NCBI GenBank assembly: GCA_963555755.3
Contig: OY820905.2
Coordinates: 3,424,001 to 3,488,000, forward strand
Reading direction: 5' to 3'
From: Nitrospirales bacterium
GTDB lineage: Bacteria > Nitrospirota > Nitrospiria > Nitrospirales > UBA8639
DNA length: 64,000 nt
Shown: piece after piece, positions 10,985-20,395 of the stretch
Layout of the letters: each line of letters begins with the position of its first letter
Position numbering within the stretch: position 1 is the stretch's first letter
Notes under the pieces: generated by a model
The model's database searches: none
The model's input: the letters and a program-made list of their open reading frames with translations, nothing else
What the model was told of the DNA's origin: nothing
Translations under genes and position numbers: made by a program

Positions 10985-11833
10985 GTGCCGCTTGAAGACG
11001 AATTTTGTGACATTGTCAAAAAAGCCAGGTTAGGACTTGGGCAATCCCTCGAACATGTGACTCAACATACGAGCTTGTCCCTCAAAGATATAGAAAGCCT
11101 TGAAAAAGGTGCGCGTGCGCCTTCTGTAGAAGAAGTGGAGTCTTGTGCCAAGGCGTTGTCTTTGAAAACTGCGGCCTTACACGCTGTCGCCATAGAGCAA
11201 TGGGAACCGACTCCTTCGCCGGATTGGGTGGAGACCGCGGTCGTGACGGTCCGTGGGGATATTGGTGGCTATGAAGTCAAAGGCTATGTGGTTTTTGATT
11301 CCAGAACTAAGGACGCGGTCTTCATCGATACGGCCTACAATGCTGAAACCATGCTATCGGAAATCGCCAGCCGAGGCCTCAAGCTGGTTGGCGTGTGTTT
11401 GACACATGGGCATACTGATCATGCCGGAGGGTTAGATCGAATATTGAAGAAATGGCCCGTTCCCGTGTATCTGGGAAATGGCGATTATCCTTTGCTGCCT
11501 TGGAAACCAGATCAGGATCGTCTGGTGGTGTCCCATGACGGCCAGAAAATTTCTGTGGGGAATCTGACGGTCAGTTGTCTTGCGACACCTGGTCATACTC
11601 CTGGCGGTTTTTGTTTTCGCGTGGTTATTGGTGATGATGAATTGTGTTTTGTTGGTGATACGCTCTTTGCCGGTTCGATTGGACGATCGAATCCCTTTTC
11701 ACTGTATCCCGATCATTTGCAATCCGTGCGTGAGCGCGTGCTGCAACTTCCCAACGAGACGGTGTTACTTCCCGGTCATGGCCCCGCGACGACCGTTAAG
11801 GAAGAGATTGTGAATAATCCGTTTGGAACATAA
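10985..11833 (+). CDS. MBL-fold metallo-hydrolase with N-terminal XRE-like HTH
   Basis: THGHTDH, TPGHTPG, VGDTLF, PGHG. The first ~70 aa look like an HTH. Confidence 0.88.
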   Translation: MPLEDEFCDIVKKARLGLGQSLEHVTQHTSLSLKDIESLEKGARAPSVEEVESCAKALSLKTAALHAVAIEQWEPTPSPDWVETAVVTVRGDIGGYEVKGYVVFDSRTKDAVFIDTAYNAETMLSEIASRGLKLVGVCLTHGHTDHAGGLDRILKKWPVPVYLGNGDYPLLPWKPDQDRLVVSHDGQKISVGNLTVSCLATPGHTPGGFCFRVVIGDDELCFVGDTLFAGSIGRSNPFSLYPDHLQSVRERVLQLPNETVLLPGHGPATTVKEEIVNNPFGT

Positions 11834-11860
11834 ACTGCTCGGCTAAGTCCCATTACTTTT

Positions 11861-12859
11861 ATGGACGATTTCAAACTTCCCCCTGCTCGACCCCCCGCTG
11901 GACCAGATAATCGGTTAGAACGCGATCCGAGAGAAGACGATCCGTCGGGAAAAAATGAATGGTCGCCAGAATGGGAGCATCATGTTCCTGAGGCACCAAG
12001 CCTTTTTTCTGTTCTATACCTGCCGATCATCCTTTTTCTCGTCACGGTTTTTACAACCCTCTGGGCTGGAGCCTATCAGATGAATACCAAACCCGTGACG
12101 GGCGCTTGGGATTTTTTAGTTCGGTATCCTGATCACTTGTTTCAGGGGTGGCCTTTTGCTGCGACGTTGTTGGGCATCTTGGTCACTCATGAATTCGGCC
12201 ATTTTTGGCTCGCGCGGATTCATCGAGTCCCGGCTTCGTTTCCCCTGTTCATCCCCGGGCCTCCCCAGTTCATTGGGACCTTTGGGGCCATTATTCGTAT
12301 GCGGTCGCCCATCATGAATCGCCGAGCTTTGTTTGATATCGGCGTGGCAGGTCCTATCGCAGGCTTTGTGGTTGCAGTCATCGCTCTCATTATTGGTTTG
12401 TCGATGTCCACCGTTATTCCGAAGCTCGGGTCGTATGGTCTGCAGTTGGGAGAGCCTCTGCTTCTTCAGTTTTTTGCTTGGATCATATTTGGTCCCATTC
12501 CCGATACCTACGATATTGTGTTGCACCCAGTCGGGTTTGCTGCCTGGTTTGGGCTCTTTGTGACCGCGTTAAACTTGATCCCTATCGGCCAGCTTGATGG
12601 GGGCCATGTGGCCTTTGCCCTGTTTGGTAAACGGCAACGAACACTAGCGTTTGCCATTCTCCCCATTTTAGTGGCGTTGGGAATTTGGGGCTGGCCCGGG
12701 TGGCTTCTGTGGGCAGGGTTGACGGGTTTAGTGGGGATTTCGCATCCACCAGTCAGGGATCCGACTACAGAGTTAGGTCGGGGTCGAGTGTGGGTGGGGT
12801 GGTTGGCGATTGCTATGTTTGTCCTGTGCTTTTCTCCAGTCCCATTCTATTTTGGCTAG
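11861..12859 (+). CDS. Site-2 protease family (M50) membrane metalloprotease
   Basis: HEFGH, AGPIAG, NLIPIGQLDGGH, multiple TM segments. Confidence 0.93.
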   Translation: MDDFKLPPARPPAGPDNRLERDPREDDPSGKNEWSPEWEHHVPEAPSLFSVLYLPIILFLVTVFTTLWAGAYQMNTKPVTGAWDFLVRYPDHLFQGWPFAATLLGILVTHEFGHFWLARIHRVPASFPLFIPGPPQFIGTFGAIIRMRSPIMNRRALFDIGVAGPIAGFVVAVIALIIGLSMSTVIPKLGSYGLQLGEPLLLQFFAWIIFGPIPDTYDIVLHPVGFAAWFGLFVTALNLIPIGQLDGGHVAFALFGKRQRTLAFAILPILVALGIWGWPGWLLWAGLTGLVGISHPPVRDPTTELGRGRVWVGWLAIAMFVLCFSPVPFYFG

Positions 12860-12942
12860 GTGCCTGTTCCAGCCCATCCTCGTGACGATCGTCACTCTCG
12901 GCAAGGCTCCTGGTCAGCATTCGTTTTTCGCAAAGGTACACC

Positions 12943-14322
12943 ATGACAAAACGGAACAACCAATTGGAATCCTATATTCGATCGGTCCGGCCTCAATTTG
13001 AAGATCTGTTAGCGCAGATGGTGGAAACGCCGTCGATCAGTTCTGATCCTGAGCGGGTGAAGGATATTCATCGAGCGGCAAAATTGGGAAAGGAATATCT
13101 CGAAAGTTTTGGGGCGAAGGCTTGCATCATCAAAACAGGTGGCTACCCGGCTGTGTCAGGTGGCTGGCAGATTGGCAAGCAGTATCCGACTCTGACGATT
13201 TATAACCATTTGGATGTGCAGCCGGCGCAAGAACCTGAGTGGCGACAGGAACCCTTTCAGTTTCGCAAGGAAGGCAATCGATACCGTGGGCGAGGGACGA
13301 CGGATGATAAAGGTCCGGCCCTGACTGCACTTCTAGCGGCTAACTATGCGGTTCAGCAGGGAGTGCCCTTAAACATTCAGTTTTTATGGGAGCTGGAAGA
13401 GGAAATTGGGAGTCCCAACTTTCAAGATGCCTTGGATCAGAAAAAACTTGTGGCTCGACCTGACTCCGTATTGATTTCAGATACGATTTGGGTCTCCCGA
13501 CAAAAGCCAGCTATTCCCACCGGGCTTCGTGGATTACTCTCTGCTCAATTGTCCTTGCGAACGGGGACCACGGATGTGCATTCAGGATTAACGGGGGGAG
13601 GCGCGCGCAATCCCTTGGCTGAGTTATGTGATGCAGCTCATGCCTGCGCGGACGCTCGAACGGGGCGAGTGAAAATTCCTGGATTTTATGATGACGTGGT
13701 CCCACCTTCATCCAAAGAGATGAAAGAATTTTTATCGTCGGGATTCGAGGTGAGCCGTTTCAAAAAGGCCTTTGGGTTTCGTGCCATTCGAACCGAAGAT
13801 TGCGCAAAACTGATTAAACGTATTTGGGCCGCTCCCACATTTGAAGTGCATGGCTTGGTTGGTGGGTATAGCGGTCCTGGTGTGAAAACCGTAGTGCCGC
13901 CTTCGGGCCAACTCAAAATCAGTATGCGGCTCGTGCCAAACCAAGACCCGAAAAAAATATTTTCCCAACTCAAAACTTTTCTGAAAAAACATAACCCCGA
14001 TATTCGTCTGGAATGCGATGGGCAACTCGAGCCGTTTCAAGGCGTGACCGGCGGTCCCTATGCGGACGCCTTGTGTAAAGCTGTAGAGGTTGGGTTTGGA
14101 AAAACGCCGTCCTTTATTCGGGAAGGTGGGTCGATTGGTGCGGTGTCACTCATGGAGCGAGCTTGGAAGGTGCCGATTCTGTTTATGGGTCTCAGCCTCC
14201 CCGAGCATGGCTATCATGCACCGAATGAATTCTTCGATTGGGGCCAAGCGTCAGGCGGCATGCGGGCGTTTGTGGAATATTTTTCTCAAGTCGCGCAGAT
14301 GAAAAAAATCTCAAGGGATTGA
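12943..14322 (+). CDS. M20/M25/M40 family metallopeptidase (dipeptidase-like)
   Basis: YNHLDVQP, GRGTTDDKG, EEEIGS, HAPNE. Confidence 0.93.
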   Translation: MTKRNNQLESYIRSVRPQFEDLLAQMVETPSISSDPERVKDIHRAAKLGKEYLESFGAKACIIKTGGYPAVSGGWQIGKQYPTLTIYNHLDVQPAQEPEWRQEPFQFRKEGNRYRGRGTTDDKGPALTALLAANYAVQQGVPLNIQFLWELEEEIGSPNFQDALDQKKLVARPDSVLISDTIWVSRQKPAIPTGLRGLLSAQLSLRTGTTDVHSGLTGGGARNPLAELCDAAHACADARTGRVKIPGFYDDVVPPSSKEMKEFLSSGFEVSRFKKAFGFRAIRTEDCAKLIKRIWAAPTFEVHGLVGGYSGPGVKTVVPPSGQLKISMRLVPNQDPKKIFSQLKTFLKKHNPDIRLECDGQLEPFQGVTGGPYADALCKAVEVGFGKTPSFIREGGSIGAVSLMERAWKVPILFMGLSLPEHGYHAPNEFFDWGQASGGMRAFVEYFSQVAQMKKISRD

Positions 14323-14337
14323 AGAGGGGGAGAAACC

Positions 14338-14757
14338 ATGAATAAGAAAAAGACTTTGATCGTGACAACTTCGATATTTATTTTGTCTCTCTTCATCAAT
14401 CCAGCTCTGGCCGGGTATTGGTGGTGGAGTGGTAGTTCGGCGTGGAAAGATACCTCTTGGTCCACTGTGACAATTTTTTGGAGTCATCATGATATGAATG
14501 ATGTCTCAAAGTGGAAATTTTGTTGGAGACGTAAAAGTAATACCAGCAGTGGCAAAAATCCTTGCGATTACAAAACCGTCATCGTACATGATCCTCAAGC
14601 TTCAATTGACGTCAAATGGGACATCGTCTTTAAATTTCAGGTAGAAGGGTACAACACGAAAAAAGGAAAGTGGAAAACATACTCGACCACGATATCAAGG
14701 CCATGCTTCAATGCTCGTTGGTCAAATGCACAAGTTTCTACCTTATGTAATCCATGA
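14338..14757 (+). CDS. Hypothetical secreted Trp-rich protein
   Basis: Signal-peptide-like N-terminus ending ALA, GAGGGGGAG RBS, AT-richer than neighbours. Confidence 0.65.
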   Translation: MNKKKTLIVTTSIFILSLFINPALAGYWWWSGSSAWKDTSWSTVTIFWSHHDMNDVSKWKFCWRRKSNTSSGKNPCDYKTVIVHDPQASIDVKWDIVFKFQVEGYNTKKGKWKTYSTTISRPCFNARWSNAQVSTLCNP

Positions 14758-14833
14758 GGTAAGGACGGTGGTGTAGGGCAATTTCCAAATCAACTTCCAC
14801 TCGCCCACCAACATTACCCTGATTTTTAATTAT

Positions 14834-15084
14834 GCAGGGTTTCGCCCCTGCAGACGACCTCCTTTTGTTTCGGCAAAAGGAGGCATAACCATTCTTGCCT
14901 GTGCGCGTCCCTCCAGAGAATGGGCTAAAAACGTTCCCATTCTCTTCCAGGTCCCTCCGCTTCCGCCCCGAATAAGATGGCTCAGGAACTCGCGGAGCCT
15001 GTCCTGAGCCTTGTCGAAGGACTCAAACAGCCTTCGCCGAGAAGTCGATTCGGGACTCCAGTTCCGCCGCGCCCAACGCAGGGG
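14834..15084 (+). repeat. Structured repeat, family A, copy 1
   Basis: GCAGGGTTTCGCCCCTGC and CTTTTG-TTTCGG-CAAAAG hairpins. Homologous to copies at 17191, 18465, 45758 and 48526. Confidence 0.85.
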
Positions 15085-15156
15085 AAAGGCAAAGACCTGA
15101 ATGACAATCGAAAAAAATGGTAAGGTGAGTTTACGGATTTGATAGAGGGATGCGTT

Positions 15157-15188
15157 AAAATGTAACAGAATACGACATTCTGTTATAT
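15157..15188. other. Palindromic site ATGTAACAGAAT-N5-ATTCTGTTATAT (candidate recombination or operator site)
   Basis: 11/12 inverted arms. The left part recurs at 17066-17082 (16/17 identical) and a related palindrome lies at 48392-48419. Confidence 0.55.
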
Positions 15189-15275
15189 GGTACTCCCTAT
15201 AAAGGTACTTTGGCAGTGAGACGTCACATGTCGGTGGCCTAGTGATACAATTTGTGAGGCGTCGTACGATTAACC

Positions 15276-15299
15276 GTCCGCTTTCGACCCAAAGCCGAC
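15276..15299. repeat. 24-bp imperfect palindrome GTCCGCTTTCGACCCAAAGCCGAC
   Basis: 19/24 identical to 16959-16982, with degenerate relatives at 16409-16468. Confidence 0.65.
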
Positions 15300-15363
15300 A
15301 TTTTTTTTAACACGCTCAATATGAATGTACTATCTATCGTCCTAAACTGATAATGGAGTAGCT

Positions 15364-16386
15364 ATGCAACTGCTAAGTCCTACACCCGAAAGTGCAAGTC
15401 ATGTACTGCGAGCCGTCGCCACCGTCGCCCGCGCTGCAGATGGCGGGCTAAACCCAACTCACCGTGCAGTCATGGACACAGCCCAGCGGATGCTCTTGAA
15501 GACCGAACTCGATGTCGACGAGCTTGATGAGATCTCACCCGATTCGCTGGCGTCCCGGCTCACGGAACAACCAGAGATCAGCCGACAGGTCATCCGGGCC
15601 ATGGTCTTGATGAGCATGGCCGTCGGTCCACCAAATCCCGCCCAGGTCGAGCTAGTGCTACGATTCGCAGCTGCGCTGGGAGTCGATGAACCGGCAACTC
15701 GCACCATCCAGCATTTGACCGAGCACGATATGCTGTTGTTTCGCTTTGACATATTCCGCCGGGGAAACGCCGGTGACTATGTGCGCGAGCAGTATCGCTC
15801 CCACGGCGGTTTTGTCGGTGTTGCCAAGGCAATTCTCGGTGCTGCGGGCATCCTGCCCGATCCGAAGCTTGCGGCACAGTTCCGAGCCCTTAAGCAGCTG
15901 CCAACCGATACCCTTGGTCATACCTTATATCGTTTCTATACGGCAAAAGGATTCAGCTTTCCCGGTTCCGGTGAGAAACTGAGCTTGCCGCTCGGGGCAT
16001 TATTCCACGATCTCGGCCATATCCTCGGCGGCTACGACACCTCTGTGGAAGGCGAGATGCTTGTGGCTTCCTTCCAGGCAGGCTACCGGCGTACCGAGGA
16101 TGCGTTCTTCACCATATTGTTCGTCGTCGTTGTGCACAGCGCGGGGATAAACCTGACTCCCTTCGAGCTAACGGTACGACTCGGCAGACTCGGAGAGATG
16201 TCTGAGGATATGTTCATCGCAAATCAACGAGGCAGCTCCATGAACACTGATCTTGGCGACGCATGGGATTTCTTGCCGTGGCTGGAGCGGCCGTTGGAGG
16301 AGGCTCGCGAGGAGCTAGGAGTGCCACCGCTATCAAAGCCCCCGAAGTTAGGTGCGCTGGACCTAGGTCTTAACGATTCTACGTAG
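15364..16386 (+). CDS. Hypothetical protein, TerB-like N-terminus plus Coq4-like C-terminal domain
   Basis: L..LP.DTLG and HDLGHILGGYDTSVEGE resemble the Coq4 HDxxH..GY...GE motif. GC-rich codon style differs from flanks. Confidence 0.7.
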   Translation: MQLLSPTPESASHVLRAVATVARAADGGLNPTHRAVMDTAQRMLLKTELDVDELDEISPDSLASRLTEQPEISRQVIRAMVLMSMAVGPPNPAQVELVLRFAAALGVDEPATRTIQHLTEHDMLLFRFDIFRRGNAGDYVREQYRSHGGFVGVAKAILGAAGILPDPKLAAQFRALKQLPTDTLGHTLYRFYTAKGFSFPGSGEKLSLPLGALFHDLGHILGGYDTSVEGEMLVASFQAGYRRTEDAFFTILFVVVVHSAGINLTPFELTVRLGRLGEMSEDMFIANQRGSSMNTDLGDAWDFLPWLERPLEEAREELGVPPLSKPPKLGALDLGLNDST

Positions 16387-16408
16387 CTACGTAAAGGCGT
16401 ATCGGATC

Positions 16409-16468
16409 AACTGCTTTTGGCCGTTTTGAGCCGTTTCGGCCAAGGGTAGAAGGCGACCCATATCCGAC
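16409..16468. repeat. Two degenerate copies of the 24-bp palindrome family between island genes
   Basis: CTGCTTTTGGCCG... and ...CGACCCATATCCGAC. Confidence 0.5.
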
Positions 16469-16489
16469 TTTTTCAGCTAAGTTGCAGAA

Positions 16490-16942
16490 ATGAAAATTAA
16501 ACCGCTTGCTGACCATAAGGAGGTATTACCCATCCTGACCGATTGGTACCTATCGGAGTGGGAACCGTACTATGGAGTTGATGGACCTGGAGATGCACAG
16601 GCAGATCTGGAGTCTCGCTGCAATTATGAAGAGATTCCCATTGGTCTGGTAGCTATCAAGGGAGACCAGGTGTGCGGAACGGTTGCGCTGGATCTCGATG
16701 CAGCCACTAATCTGACACCCTCAATAGTTGGCCTGCTGGTGGGCCGCGCTTATCGAAGAAGAGGCATCGCGGCCGCACTCTTAAAATCGGCTGAAGATCG
16801 CGCGCGCAGGCTTGGTTACAGTCGCGTCTACATGAGCACAACTATCCTGGGCGAGCTACTTAATCGTATGGGATGGGGTAAGTTGGGGGAAGTCGAGTTC
16901 ATGAATAATGAGCGGGGTTGGATTTATGTACGCGACTTTTGA
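16490..16942 (+). CDS. GNAT family N-acetyltransferase
   Basis: LLV...YRRRGIA..LL acetyl-CoA motif A, GW near the C-terminus. Confidence 0.88.
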   Translation: MKIKPLADHKEVLPILTDWYLSEWEPYYGVDGPGDAQADLESRCNYEEIPIGLVAIKGDQVCGTVALDLDAATNLTPSIVGLLVGRAYRRRGIAAALLKSAEDRARRLGYSRVYMSTTILGELLNRMGWGKLGEVEFMNNERGWIYVRDF

Positions 16943-16958
16943 CAATTGACCCTCTCGA

Positions 16959-16982
16959 GTCCGCTTTTGGCCGAAACCGGAC
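16959..16982. repeat. 24-bp imperfect palindrome GTCCGCTTTTGGCCGAAACCGGAC
   Basis: Homologous to 15276-15299, just downstream of the GNAT stop. Confidence 0.65.
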
Positions 16983-17190
16983 ACAATTTGGAGTAATCAA
17001 GATGCATGTCTAACCCGTAAATACAACAGACCCCAAAAAGTAGACGTTGATCTCCAACTTTAGCGAAAATGTAACCGAATACCTGAAAAGGGGACGCTTC
17101 CCTTTCCCGGCCGCATGAATTTGTGGCAAGAAGGAGAATTGAGTTTGTAGGGCCCTCAGTTTTAAAAGTTGGTTTGTTTCTTGAGTGGTT

Positions 17191-17385
17191 CCCCGCCTTT
17201 GTGCGCGGCGGAGCTGGAGTACCGAATCGACTTCTCGGCGAAGGCTGTTTGAGCGGAGCGAGTTCCTGAGCCATCTTGATTCGGTACGGAGGCGGAGGAA
17301 CCCAGCAGGGCCGCGCACAGGTGGAAATGGTTTTGGTCACTTTTGCCGAAACAAAAGTGACTCGTCTGCAGGGGCGAAACCCTGC
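17191..17385 (-). repeat. Structured repeat, family A, copy 2 (inverted)
   Basis: Reverse complement aligns with 14834-15084. Confidence 0.85.
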
Positions 17386-17452
17386 TAGAAATAATTCTTG
17401 CAAATAACCTTGTGCGTCGATTGTAGCCCCAGCTGCTGCTAGATTGCAGCAC

Positions 17453-17599
17453 CTATCGTTGCCTCACCAAAATTCGGATCGGTGTTCCTTCAAATCCAAA
17501 CATGTCGAGTAAACGGTTTTCGAGAAAACGCAGGTAGGTGGCGAGAACCTCAATGGTTTTCCCGACAAACAACGCTGCAATGGATTCGACGGTTGGGGG
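17453..17599 (-). pseudogene. Diverged duplicate of the der 3' end
   Basis: Translates as [48 protein letters not shown], versus Der [44 protein letters not shown]. Confidence 0.9.
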
Positions 17600-17601
17600 A
17601 A

Positions 17602-17630
17602 TTGACAGATGTTACTTCTAGTGGTAGATT
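17602..17630 (+). promoter_or_regulatory. sigma70-like promoter of vapBC
   Basis: TTGACA-N17-TAGATT upstream of vapB. Confidence 0.6.
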
Positions 17631-17654
17631 AAAGAAATATAGGATGAATCATCC

Positions 17655-17909
17655 ATGGCAATCAATATCAAAAATCCAAAAGCTGAGCTTTTAGCCAATC
17701 AACTGGCTAAAAAAACTGGAGAGACGATCACGGATGCGGTCATTCATGCGTTGGAAGATCGTTTGGAACGCGTTGAAGGGTGTCGAACTCGTCCTGATCT
17801 CGTCACAGAGATTCTGAACATTGCTACTCGCTGTAGCGCCTTGCCGGTTCTGGATTCCCGGACACCCGAGGAGATATTGGGCTATTCACACACCGGGTCA
17901 TTTTCCTAA
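17655..17909 (+). CDS. vapB: Type II antitoxin VapB (Rv0623-like)
   Basis: MAINIKNPKAELLA..LA..TGETIT.AV..AL..RL, C-terminal EEILGY, upstream of a PIN toxin. Confidence 0.9.
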   Translation: MAINIKNPKAELLANQLAKKTGETITDAVIHALEDRLERVEGCRTRPDLVTEILNIATRCSALPVLDSRTPEEILGYSHTGSFS

Positions 17910-17915
17910 ATTCAG

Positions 17916-18308
17916 ATGGTCATTGATTCTTCCGCATTGGTTGCCATATTGGTCAATGAACCCGAAGCCCGGGTGATGGCTGAGGCGGTGGCCGCAGATC
18001 CCAAGCGTTTGGTGAGTACCGTTTCGGTATTAGAAACAGGGATCGTGATTGAGGCGCGATATGGGCCCGCAGGGGGAAGGGAACTGGATTTACTGCTTCA
18101 TCGTTGTCGAATGGACGTGGTGCCGCTGACCTCCGAGCAAGTAGAGTTAGCTCGGGAGGCCTATCGGCAATTCGGAAAGGGAAGCCATGCAGCAGGGTTA
18201 AACTTAGGAGATTGTGCGGCCTACGCGTTAGCCCGGAGTACCGGTGAACCACTGCTCTTTAAAGGGAACGACTTTAGTCAGACCGACCTTCGTATCGTTT
18301 CCTATTAA
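17916..18308 (+). CDS. vapC: Type II toxin VapC (PIN domain)
   Basis: MVIDSSALVAIL..EPE, LNLGDC..YALA, PLLFKGNDFSQTD. Confidence 0.94.
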   Translation: MVIDSSALVAILVNEPEARVMAEAVAADPKRLVSTVSVLETGIVIEARYGPAGGRELDLLLHRCRMDVVPLTSEQVELAREAYRQFGKGSHAAGLNLGDCAAYALARSTGEPLLFKGNDFSQTDLRIVSY

Positions 18309-18464
18309 TACATTCTTTGCCGTCCTTCGTCCAATCAATAAACAAAAAGAAAACCAAACCTGGGTTCCCGATTACAAACGTCGGGAACGACAGCAGGGGT
18401 AATTGGTGGGCCATGCCTTTCCCATGTGTTTCTCGTGTTTGGAAAATCAGGTGTTCCTTTCGTC

Positions 18465-18582
18465 TCCCGCCTTTGTGCGCAGCGGAGGCGGAGGGACCCA
18501 GTAGGGCTGCGCACGGGCGAGAATGGTTTTGGGTCCTTTTGCCGAAACAAAAGGACCTCGTCACGCAGGGGCGAAACCCTGC
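18465..18582 (-). repeat. Structured repeat, family A, copy 3 (internally deleted)
   Basis: Retains the GGTCCTTTTGCCGAAACAAAAGGACC and GGGGCGAAACCCTGC hairpins. Confidence 0.8.
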
Positions 18583-18651
18583 TAAAAATCATTCTTGCAT
18601 ATAATCTAGTGCGTCAGTTTGACCCCAAACTGGCGCTTCTAGATTGCCAAC

Positions 18652-20016
18652 CTATCTCTGCCTCACCAAAATTCGAATCGGTGTTCCTTCGAATCCAAAC
18701 GTGTCTCGCAATCGATTTTCCAGAAAACGAAGATAGAAGGTGGGAACCTCGACGGATTTCCCAACGAACAAGGCAAAGGTTGGGGGTTTGGTGGCAACTT
18801 GAGTCATGAATACGGACTTCAAGGGATTTCGTTTTTTGGTGGGGAGTGGATTGTCGTCGAGGGCTTTTTGTAGAAATTGATTGAGTTGGCCTGTTGGCAC
18901 TCGATGGGAGAAGGCTTCCATCACACTCTCAATCTTGGGAAACAGGTGCTCAATAGACGATCCCTGAAGTGCGGAACCGAAAATCGTGGGTACAAATTTA
19001 AAAAAGGGAAAGCGGCGATGCAGTTCTTGGTCGTATCGGGTTTGGGCCGTGGGATCATCTTTTCGCAGATCCCACTTATTGACAAATAGAATGCAGCCTC
19101 GGCCTTGTTTTAATATCAACCCCGCGATCTTGGTATCTTGCTCGGTGGCCCCCTCGATGCCGTCCAATAGAAGAATGGCAATGTCAGATCGTCCTAGGGC
19201 CTTGAGCGTTCTGGCCAGGCTATAGCCTTCGATTCCTCGTTCTATCTTGCCTCGACGCCGGATGCCTGCCGTATCCGTAAACACAAACGGGTGTCCTTGG
19301 TACTCGATGAGAGTATCCACGGGGTCGCGTGTGGTGCCGGGAATCTCGCTCACCACAACCCGGTTCTCTCCAAACAAGGTATTGACTAGCGTGGATTTTC
19401 CGACATTTGGTCGGCCTACGACGGCTACGCGCGGATATGGGGTGCGTTCCTGTTCTTCGTCAAATGGCAGCAAGGGTAAAAACGCTTCGAGTAAATCATC
19501 CACTCCAATGCCGTGCTCAGCGGTAATCGGAAATAACTTGTCTTTCCCCAACTGATAAAAGTCCGCGAGTAAGGTTTCGGCCTTGGGGGTGTCGATTTTA
19601 TTGATCGCATAAAACGTGGGTTTGTTCACATCTCGGAGGAGATGCGCGATCTCTTTGTCAAGTGGGTTGAGGCCTGCCCGTCCATCCATCAGCACCACAA
19701 GAATGTCGGCTTCTGCAATCGCCGCTTGGGATTGGATGCGAACGAGGTTCGCCATCCCTTCGGAAGAGGAGAGGTCCAGGCCTCCGGTGTCTACCAGTTG
19801 GAACCGACGTCCTTGGTATGTGCACTCGGCGGTGATTCGATCACGGGTGACACCTGGCATGTCATCGACGATCGCACTGCGTGTTCCGAGGACTCGGTTG
19901 AAGAAGGTTGATTTGCCAACATTCGGCCTTCCGATAATGGCGACAATGGGCACTTCCCCCTTGGAAAGTCCAGGCAGTGTGTTTCGTTGAACAGGTTTTG
20001 AACGTTTCTGACGCAT
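18652..20016 (-). CDS. der: Ribosome biogenesis GTPase Der
   Basis: Two GRPNVGKST G-domains, DTGG/DTAG, NKID/NKWD, C-terminal GFEGTPIRI. Confidence 0.97.
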   Translation of the reverse strand: MRQKRSKPVQRNTLPGLSKGEVPIVAIIGRPNVGKSTFFNRVLGTRSAIVDDMPGVTRDRITAECTYQGRRFQLVDTGGLDLSSSEGMANLVRIQSQAAIAEADILVVLMDGRAGLNPLDKEIAHLLRDVNKPTFYAINKIDTPKAETLLADFYQLGKDKLFPITAEHGIGVDDLLEAFLPLLPFDEEQERTPYPRVAVVGRPNVGKSTLVNTLFGENRVVVSEIPGTTRDPVDTLIEYQGHPFVFTDTAGIRRRGKIERGIEGYSLARTLKALGRSDIAILLLDGIEGATEQDTKIAGLILKQGRGCILFVNKWDLRKDDPTAQTRYDQELHRRFPFFKFVPTIFGSALQGSSIEHLFPKIESVMEAFSHRVPTGQLNQFLQKALDDNPLPTKKRNPLKSVFMTQVATKPPTFALFVGKSVEVPTFYLRFLENRLRDTFGFEGTPIRILVRQR

Positions 20017-20056
20017 CCGTGAAAATGGGTATCTAGAGGGTGTGGTGCTGTTAAAA

Positions 20057-20236
20057 ATTATCCTAAAAACGTCAGTTCGTTCATTCCTGCTTTGACCCTT
20101 CGATGGGTTGAGGACTCAGGTGGAACAGGGTGGCGTAACCGTCACCTGCATGGTGAGGGTCCGTTCGCCCTGAGCGCCACGGCTCCCGCGCCAGTCGAAG
20201 AGTCCCGAGATTGCCAACTCCCATTTTTAGGATAAT
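20057..20236. repeat. MITE/REP-like element with 13-bp TIRs
   Basis: ATTATCCTAAAAA ... TTTTTAGGATAAT enclosing REP-like CCCTTCGA..CTCAGG and CCCTGAGC..GTCGAAG motifs. Confidence 0.6.
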
Positions 20237-20395
20237 GAAGTTGAGAAACTAACATGGTGGACTCGATCAGAACAAGAAAGGTCCCATGACTTCTTTGTCA
20301 GCGATCTGTTGCCGAATAGAGAAAGGCCGAATGGGTCTACATTGACGGATCGAAATCAGCAATGACAGGAGAGGAAATCGAAGGGGAACGGGAAC

